Below, one piece after another: positions 57,876 to 64,000 of a stretch of DNA of 64,000 nucleotides. Origin of the DNA: an uncultured Actinomycetes bacterium (GTDB taxonomy: Bacteria > Actinomycetota > Thermoleophilia > RBG-16-64-13); the NCBI GenBank assembly GCA_963718375.1, contig CAVQZD010000005.1, forward strand, positions 652,841 through 716,840, read 5' to 3'. Positions within the stretch are counted from its first letter, which is position 1. Every line of letters begins with the position of its first letter. The notes beneath the pieces are model-generated. The model ran no database searches. It was not told the DNA's origin and worked only from the letters and a program-made list of their open reading frames with translations. The translations under genes and the position numbers were made by a program.

Positions 57876-59369
57876 ATGACACTTCTAGGCAAGCTGAGAC
57901 TCGGATTCAGGGCGATAGTGATAGCGGTGGCCGTCCTCATGGCTATCAACTTCGCTGAACTGCTATGGATAAACTCCTGGCAGAGCGAGACCGAGGAGGC
58001 CGTGGCCCGCGCAAACGCCACGGCGCAGCTGACGGTGGCGGTCGAGAGGATGAATGCGGTCATCGGCGGTGTCAGTGAGGTCGTGTACCAAGGTGGAGGA
58101 TTCGAAGCCCTGGCGAACGCCTTCAATACAGACGGAGAGAAGGGCACGCAGGCTCTAGAATCCATGCTGAACGGTCTCGAACCGGGCGACGCAGCCTATC
58201 AGGGCATAACCGACATGCAGACACAGTTCGACGAGTATTACCAGGCCGGCAGTGATCTACTCGAGTCTGGCCAGATCGACTCAACCAATATGATCAGCAC
58301 CACTCAGCCCATCTCCGTTCAAGGCTACGCCATCCTCTCGGATGCCCAGGAGTATCAGACCGTCGCCAATGCCGCCGTCGCCGCCAAACTGGACCAACTC
58401 GGGACGGTGGGGATGGCCTGCCTCATCGCAACGGCGGTGTTGGGTATCGTGGCAGTCACGGGCGGCATAGCGATGAGCATCATCATCCCGCGTAGATTCG
58501 GGCGTGAGTTGAACGGCGCAGCCACCGGTATCGGCAGTTCGGCGGCCGAACTCATGGCTGTGGCCTCCCAAGTAGCCGCCAGTGCCGCCCAGACGGCAGC
58601 GTCCACCAACGAGACCACGGTGACCGTCGAAGAGGTCAAGCAGACGGCCCAACTCGCCAACGAGAAGGCCGGCGAGGTAGCGAGGAGTGTCGAGGGAGCC
58701 GTCAAAACCACTGAGTCGGGGCTCGAGCAGGTGGAAGGCACCATAGCCGGGATCGAGCGCATGCACGACTCCATGGATGTGGTCTTCGAGACCATCAGTC
58801 GTCTGAGCGAACGGGCACTGGCAGCGGGCGACGTGATCGCCGCCGTCAATGATCTGGCCGAGCAGTCCAACTTGCTGGCTGTGAACGCCTCAATAGAGGC
58901 CGCCAAGGCCGGCGAATACGGCAAGGGCTTCACCGTTGTAGCTCAAGAGGTGAAGAGCCTGGCCGAGGAATCCAAGCAGGCTGTCGCGCAGGTCCGCACC
59001 ATCCTGAGCGAGATCCAGAAGGCCAGCGACACCGCAGTTCGCGCAGCCGAGCAAGGTCGTGACTCCATAGAAGCGGGCCGCAGACAGTCGGTCGAGGCCG
59101 GTGAAGTCATACAGAACCTTGCGGAGGGCGCCGGAGACGTAGCCCAGTCGGCAGTTCAGATATCCGCGTCCAGCAGGCAGCAGCTCGCCGGCATGGAGCA
59201 GATCAGCCAGGCTATCAGCAGCATCAACGAGGCGGGCAACCAGTCGGTCGCCGGAACGCGTCAGGTGGAGCAGGAGGTCAAGCACCTTCAGGACCTCGCC
59301 CTGCAACTCAAAAAGCTCGTGCAGACAGACGTCACCAAGACCAAGACCAAGAAGTCGAAGAAGAAATAG
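57876..59369 (+). CDS. methyl-accepting chemotaxis protein
   Basis: GGAGG RBS. 2 TM plus HAMP, and the highly conserved signalling hairpin NLLAVNASIEAAKAGEYGKGF. Confidence 0.85.
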   Translation: MTLLGKLRLGFRAIVIAVAVLMAINFAELLWINSWQSETEEAVARANATAQLTVAVERMNAVIGGVSEVVYQGGGFEALANAFNTDGEKGTQALESMLNGLEPGDAAYQGITDMQTQFDEYYQAGSDLLESGQIDSTNMISTTQPISVQGYAILSDAQEYQTVANAAVAAKLDQLGTVGMACLIATAVLGIVAVTGGIAMSIIIPRRFGRELNGAATGIGSSAAELMAVASQVAASAAQTAASTNETTVTVEEVKQTAQLANEKAGEVARSVEGAVKTTESGLEQVEGTIAGIERMHDSMDVVFETISRLSERALAAGDVIAAVNDLAEQSNLLAVNASIEAAKAGEYGKGFTVVAQEVKSLAEESKQAVAQVRTILSEIQKASDTAVRAAEQGRDSIEAGRRQSVEAGEVIQNLAEGAGDVAQSAVQISASSRQQLAGMEQISQAISSINEAGNQSVAGTRQVEQEVKHLQDLALQLKKLVQTDVTKTKTKKSKKK

Positions 59370-59385
59370 GAGCGGAGAGACCTCG

Positions 59386-61695
59386 ATGATCAACGAGGAC
59401 GAAGAGTTCCTTCGAGACCTTATGCGCACCTTCCGTGAGGATGCGGAAGAGCGGATCAGACTCTTATCTCAAGCTATAGTTGACCTTGAGCATGCGAGCG
59501 GCAGCGCCGCGGCTTCTGCCTCCCTGGAAAGCCTGTACAGGGAGACACACAGCCTCAAAGGCGCCTCCGGTGCGGTGGAACAGACACAGATGGAGTCTGT
59601 CTGCCAACAGCTCGAGTCGGTCCTGTCGGCTCTGAAGCAGGGCGTCCTGCAGATCACCGAGCCCTTGGTGGATACACTCAGCGACACTGTGGACTGCCTT
59701 CACGATCTGCTGATCTCCGCTCCGGGTGCCGAGATCAGGGCCAGCGCGATGGTCGAAAGGCTGTCATTCATGGCCATTCCCGGCCCTCGTTGGAGTCCAG
59801 GTCGGCCCGCAAGTGTCCAGAGGCGACCCGAGACCGAGCCGGTCAGACCTGCAGTCGTGCCGCTCAGGCCGGTGGGCGACCCTCCCGCCGACGAGCACAC
59901 GTCGACGCCTGCGAATGAGCTGCCCCCCGCCTCCAGGCAAGAGCCCTCACCTGCCCCACGACCGAGCGACCCGCCGGCCGCGGCCGACAACGTACGGGTG
60001 TCCACCGCCAAGCTCGAATCCATAATGCTCCAGGCGGAGGAGTTCATAGCAGTGAAGCTGGCTTCCAGGCGCCGCTCCGCCCAGTTGAGCGGCGTGGGTG
60101 CGCGTCTGGAGACCTGGAAACGCGAACTCTACTTGGCCCGCATCAGCGGGAACGCCTACAAGATGCAGGAGTTCCTGGAATGGAACACTGTCCTCGTGGA
60201 CGGGTTGTTGGCCGACCTGCGGATGCTGCTCAAGGTATCTGACGACGAGCGCCGTACGGTCGGACCGATGGTCGATGAGTTGCTGGACGCCATGAAGCGC
60301 GTACTCATGCTGCCCGTCTCGGCGCTGCTCTCGAGCCTTCCGAAGATGGTGCGCGATCTGGCCAGGAGTAGCGGCAAAGAAGTCGAGTTGGTGGTCACCG
60401 GAGCCGAGATCGAGATAGATAAGCGCATCATAGAGAACCTCAAGGATCCGTTGGTGCACATACTCAGGAACAGCGTCGACCACGGCATCGAGACAACTGC
60501 CGACCGCCGCAAAGCCGGCAAGCCGGAGCGCGGTCGCATCACCATCGCAGTCAGCCAACTCGAGAACAACAAGATCGAACTCTGCGTCTCCGACGATGGC
60601 GCTGGGATCAACATGGCCCGGCTGCGCGAGGTGGCGCAGCGCGAGGGTCTGCGCACACCGAAGCAGCTAGAAACGATGGGCGACTCCGAACTCGTGCGGC
60701 TGGCCTTCACCTCAGGGGTCTCGACCAGCCTGGAAGTGTCGACCGTCTCGGGTCGCGGACTCGGGCTGGCGATAGTCGACGAGAAGGTGCGGCAGTTGGG
60801 CGGGTCGGTGGTCGTAGAGTCTACGCAGGGTGAGGGTACAGTCTTCCGCCTGCACGTCCCTGCCACCTTGGCCACAGCCCGCGGAATACTGGCAGAGGTC
60901 TCCGGCTGGCTGTTCGTGATACCTGTCGTCGGCGTGGATCGCGCCATAAGGATCGAACCCGACGAGATACGGATGGTGGAGAATCGAACCACCATCCAGC
61001 TCGACGGACAGACCGTGCCCCTCTATCGCATGCATGAGGTCTTGGAGCTGCCGCTCAAGCCGCAACGCAACCCCTCCGATCGTCTCCAGGCTTTGGTGCT
61101 GGGGGCCGCCGAGAACCGCGTCGCCTTTGTGATCGATCGCATCATCGACGAGCAGGAGGTGCTGGTAAAACCTCTGGGGCCGCAGTTGGTGAGGGTCCGG
61201 AACGTGTCGGGGGCGACGGTGCTCGGCTCGGGCAAGGTGGTTCCCATTCTCAACCCGGCCGATCTGGTCAATTCGGCCACGGCGAAGCCGGCGCCCGCTA
61301 AGCAACTGGCAAGCACTCAGGACGACACGGCGAAGAGGTCGGTCTTGATCGTGGAGGATTCGATCACCTCGAGGATGCTGCTCAAGGGTGTTCTGGAGTC
61401 GGCGGGTTACTACGTCAGACCCACTGTCGACGGACAGGATGCCTTGAACGCACTCGAAGAAGAGGATTTCGACCTAGTGGTCAGCGACATTGAGATGCCC
61501 CGGATGGATGGCATCGAACTCACCCGCAAGATCCGCGGCAACCAGAAGTTGGCCCGCATCCCCGTGGTCTTAGTGACCGCCCTCGAGTCACAGGAGGACA
61601 GGGAGCGCGGCCTCGACGCCGGAGCCAACGCCTACCTGACGAAGAGATCCTTCACTCAGGGCACGCTGCTCAAGACGGCGCGCAGCCTGCTGTGA
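59386..61695 (+). CDS. cheA: chemotaxis histidine kinase CheA with a C-terminal receiver domain (CheA-CheY hybrid)
   Basis: HPt HSLKGASGAV, HATPase_c (DDGAGI, GRGLGL), CheW-like domain, REC (DLVVSDIEMPRMDG). Confidence 0.85.
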   Translation: MINEDEEFLRDLMRTFREDAEERIRLLSQAIVDLEHASGSAAASASLESLYRETHSLKGASGAVEQTQMESVCQQLESVLSALKQGVLQITEPLVDTLSDTVDCLHDLLISAPGAEIRASAMVERLSFMAIPGPRWSPGRPASVQRRPETEPVRPAVVPLRPVGDPPADEHTSTPANELPPASRQEPSPAPRPSDPPAAADNVRVSTAKLESIMLQAEEFIAVKLASRRRSAQLSGVGARLETWKRELYLARISGNAYKMQEFLEWNTVLVDGLLADLRMLLKVSDDERRTVGPMVDELLDAMKRVLMLPVSALLSSLPKMVRDLARSSGKEVELVVTGAEIEIDKRIIENLKDPLVHILRNSVDHGIETTADRRKAGKPERGRITIAVSQLENNKIELCVSDDGAGINMARLREVAQREGLRTPKQLETMGDSELVRLAFTSGVSTSLEVSTVSGRGLGLAIVDEKVRQLGGSVVVESTQGEGTVFRLHVPATLATARGILAEVSGWLFVIPVVGVDRAIRIEPDEIRMVENRTTIQLDGQTVPLYRMHEVLELPLKPQRNPSDRLQALVLGAAENRVAFVIDRIIDEQEVLVKPLGPQLVRVRNVSGATVLGSGKVVPILNPADLVNSATAKPAPAKQLASTQDDTAKRSVLIVEDSITSRMLLKGVLESAGYYVRPTVDGQDALNALEEEDFDLVVSDIEMPRMDGIELTRKIRGNQKLARIPVVLVTALESQEDRERGLDAGANAYLTKRSFTQGTLLKTARSLL

Positions 61696-62840
61696 TGACT
61701 CCAGCCAAACCCTCGGTGCGACTGCTGCTCGTCGACCAGTCACCCGCGGCCCGACAAAAGATCCGGTCGCTGTTCGAACCCAGGACGGGCATCCAGGTGG
61801 TCGGGGAAGCGGGTACCGCCCAGAAAGCGTTGAAGTTGCTCGCGGAGACCTCTCCCACCGCCGTGCTGATGGATTGCGACCTGCCCAAGCCCGGCAGCTT
61901 CGCCTTAGTGACAGAGATGATGACCGTACATCGCGTACCCATCGTCATGCTGACCAAGCAGAGCCGCATAGTCCCGAATGCTCTGGAGGAGAAAGCGCTG
62001 CAATCGGGAGCGGTGGCCATGGTCGCCCTGGCAGCTGAGGCGATGGGTACAGATAGGCTGGGACAAGACGATCTGATCAAGACGATCCGGACGATGTCCG
62101 AAGTGAAGGTCGTAAGGCGGCGCGGCACCCGACCCAGCGCCCAGGAGGCGAGCACCAGGACCACCGACGGGAACGACGCCAGACCCAAACTCTTGAGCGA
62201 CACGGGATCCACCGACTCCGATGAGCCGAGATCCGACGAGACGATCGAACTGGTCGCTATCGGGGCTTCTACCGGAGGCCCGCAGGTCATAGAGACCATA
62301 TTGAAAGGACTCTCCAAACGCCTCACGGTGCCGGTCGTGATCGTCCAGCACCTCAGTGAGGGTTTTCAGAACAACCTCATCCAATGGCTATCTGATGCCA
62401 CCGGGACCCAGATCCGGGTGGCTCAGCATGGAGCTCCTCTGGTCCCTGGATTGGTCTACCTGGCTCCCGATCACCAGCACCTGGAGGTAAATCGCACCGG
62501 GCACATCGTCTTGACCGACGACCCGCCCGAGAACGGATCGCGGCCCTCGGTCTCGGTGCTCTTCAGATCAGTGGCCAAACACTACGGTCCTCACGCCATC
62601 GGTATCCTGCTCACAGGCATGGGGCGCGACGGAGCCATCGAGCTACGGACCATGAGGGAACTGGGGGCTACCACGATCGCGCAGGACGAGCAGACGTCGA
62701 CGGTGCACGGCATGCCGGGCGAGGCCATAAGACTGAAGGGAGCTCGCTACATCCTCCCGCCGGACCGCATCGTATCGGTGGTGGAGCGTCGGCTTCCTGC
62801 CAACGTCGTGCCACCCCCCAAGGCCGCCGCCTGCGGCTAG
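61692..62840 (+). CDS. cheB: protein-glutamate methylesterase CheB (REC plus methylesterase)
   Basis: REC VRLLLVDQS. Methylesterase region: active-site Ser context IGASTGGP, plus His and Asp. Confidence 0.85.
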   Translation: MMTPAKPSVRLLLVDQSPAARQKIRSLFEPRTGIQVVGEAGTAQKALKLLAETSPTAVLMDCDLPKPGSFALVTEMMTVHRVPIVMLTKQSRIVPNALEEKALQSGAVAMVALAAEAMGTDRLGQDDLIKTIRTMSEVKVVRRRGTRPSAQEASTRTTDGNDARPKLLSDTGSTDSDEPRSDETIELVAIGASTGGPQVIETILKGLSKRLTVPVVIVQHLSEGFQNNLIQWLSDATGTQIRVAQHGAPLVPGLVYLAPDHQHLEVNRTGHIVLTDDPPENGSRPSVSVLFRSVAKHYGPHAIGILLTGMGRDGAIELRTMRELGATTIAQDEQTSTVHGMPGEAIRLKGARYILPPDRIVSVVERRLPANVVPPPKAAACG

Positions 62841-63736
62841 TGTAACCCCGCGATGTGTCTGACCTGGGCCTCCAGGTTGGCCATATATGCAGCCCTCTCT
62901 TGCTTGACGCTGCCCTTCACGTCGTACTCGTCGTGAGCCAGATGTTCGAGCGCTCGCTCGACATCGCCGCCCGCGTCGTCTAGATACCGCTCCACGAGTT
63001 GCCTATGCTTGACTGTCTCTTTCGACGAGAGGTCGAGGAACTGGGCAACATCGTCCCCTGTGAGTACCCACCTGTGGGCGAGACCGAGAACGTGCGGATC
63101 AAGTCGGGCGATGCGCTCGATCGAATCAAGATAGTCCTGGTAGGAGGACAAGAACTCCACCCGCACGTGCGGCGACGGCTCGGCCTCCAACACTCCGCAG
63201 GCGTCGCCGACAAACAGCGTATCCGTCTCCACCAGATGGTAGGAGAGCGAGTCTCTGGTGTGTCCAGGGGTCTCGTAGACCCTGCAGGTCAGGCCGCCCA
63301 GATCCAGCTCGTCGCCTTCTCCCAGCACCACGTCCAAGACGGTGGGGTTCACGGTCAGGTCGTCCGCAGAGCCGACCTGTTCGCGCAGCTCAGTGTGGCT
63401 GTCACTCAGCCGGTTCATCAAGTCCAACGCCGACGGCTTCTGGAGCAGACTCATGAGTCGCTCGTGCCCTGCCAGCTTGAGTCCCGGCAGACGCGCTTTG
63501 AGGTACGACGCAGCCCCCACATGGTCATAATGAGAGTGGGTGAGTAGCAGATACTGCAGCCCCGGATCTTCCCCCAGGAGCCCTCGCAGCGCGGTCAGAT
63601 AGGCTGGTCCCAGCCAGTTCAGGCCCGCGTCTATCATAACGCTGGCTTCGTCACCCTGGATCACGTACCCCGGATAGGCGACGCTGCCCAGCGCCGTCAC
63701 GCGTGTAGCGACACGACCGTCTGATTCGAGTCTCAT
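62837..63736 (-). CDS. MBL-fold metallo-hydrolase
   Basis: HxHxDH motif LLTHSHYDHVG and downstream His/Asp ligands. Confidence 0.8.
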   Translation of the reverse strand: MRLESDGRVATRVTALGSVAYPGYVIQGDEASVMIDAGLNWLGPAYLTALRGLLGEDPGLQYLLLTHSHYDHVGAASYLKARLPGLKLAGHERLMSLLQKPSALDLMNRLSDSHTELREQVGSADDLTVNPTVLDVVLGEGDELDLGGLTCRVYETPGHTRDSLSYHLVETDTLFVGDACGVLEAEPSPHVRVEFLSSYQDYLDSIERIARLDPHVLGLAHRWVLTGDDVAQFLDLSSKETVKHRQLVERYLDDAGGDVERALEHLAHDEYDVKGSVKQERAAYMANLEAQVRHIAGLH

Positions 63737-63861
63737 CTCGCTCCTTGTCTTGCCCGGCAGACCCCAGAAGCATACATCACGGCCCTGCGACCTCGGGAGA
63801 CTCAGGCTACAATCGACGCTTAGTGTCCAGACGCGAGCGCGCAGCAGAGAGGAGTCGCCGG

Positions 63862-64000
63862 ATGCCCATCAACCTCTCTATCAAGAAAGTGCCGGACGAT
63901 GTCGCCCGGGGACTACACAACCGGGCGGCCGCCAACGGGAGAACCCTAAACGCGGAACTCCTGGACATTCTGAGACGCGCCTCCCACGGTCACGAGGAGG
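63862..64000 (+). CDS. ribbon-helix-helix (Arc/FitA/VapB-like) antitoxin-type protein, 3'-partial at the window end
   Basis: AGGAG RBS. MPINLSIKKVPDDVARGLHNRAAANGRTLNAELLDILRRA is typical of RHH antitoxins. Confidence 0.55.
   Translation, partial: MPINLSIKKVPDDVARGLHNRAAANGRTLNAELLDILRRASHGHEE

Noticed and set aside
1-64000. CRISPR arrays, rRNA/tRNA genes, IS elements or integrases
   Set aside because: No regularly spaced direct repeats with unique spacers, no tRNA-like GTTCGAATC T-loop motifs, and no transposase or integrase-like ORFs were seen. The only tandem repeat is the 15-bp array at 45494-45580.

Overview
High-GC (roughly 62-64% by eye) bacterial chromosomal segment with about 60 genes, tight operons and many 4-bp overlaps. 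No rRNA, tRNA or CRISPR array was recognised.

Contents in order:
- trehalose synthesis genes: treT plus an interrupted otsA
- alpha/beta hydrolase (apparent frameshift near its 3' end), EamA exporter and divergent LysR regulator
- ilvD-ilvB-ilvN-ilvC operon
- class III aminotransferase
- three tandem CapA-family paralogues
- an ADP-forming acetyl-CoA synthetase followed by an unusual CoA-transferase::GNAT fusion
- PadR plus DUF1700-like sensor pair
- a Cys-rich secreted protein immediately upstream of an hgcA-hgcB mercury-methylation pair, then a DUF2089 small-protein module
- C-N hydrolase and DUF47-PiT-DUF47 phosphate uptake module
- a long minus-strand C1 operon: MtrH-like methyltransferase, DUF1638, corrinoid protein, Lpd, MetF, MetV, FolD, FchA, Fhs
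- a divergent GntR / second corrinoid protein / formate-nitrite transporter unit
- proC-lysA, a second PadR next to a 15-bp tandem repeat and an 18-bp perfect palindrome
- GT4, ABC-2 exporter, Kelch lipoprotein, LCP envelope operon
- complete chemotaxis cluster (cheW, cheR-TPR, cheW, mcp, cheA-REC, cheB), MBL hydrolase, partial RHH antitoxin

The hgcAB pair, its Cys-rich neighbour and the methyl-THF/corrinoid operon a few kb away together look like a possibly undescribed mercury-methylation accessory system.

Coordinates follow the supplied ORF track. Non-ORF features were placed by counting bases and may be off by 1-2 nt.
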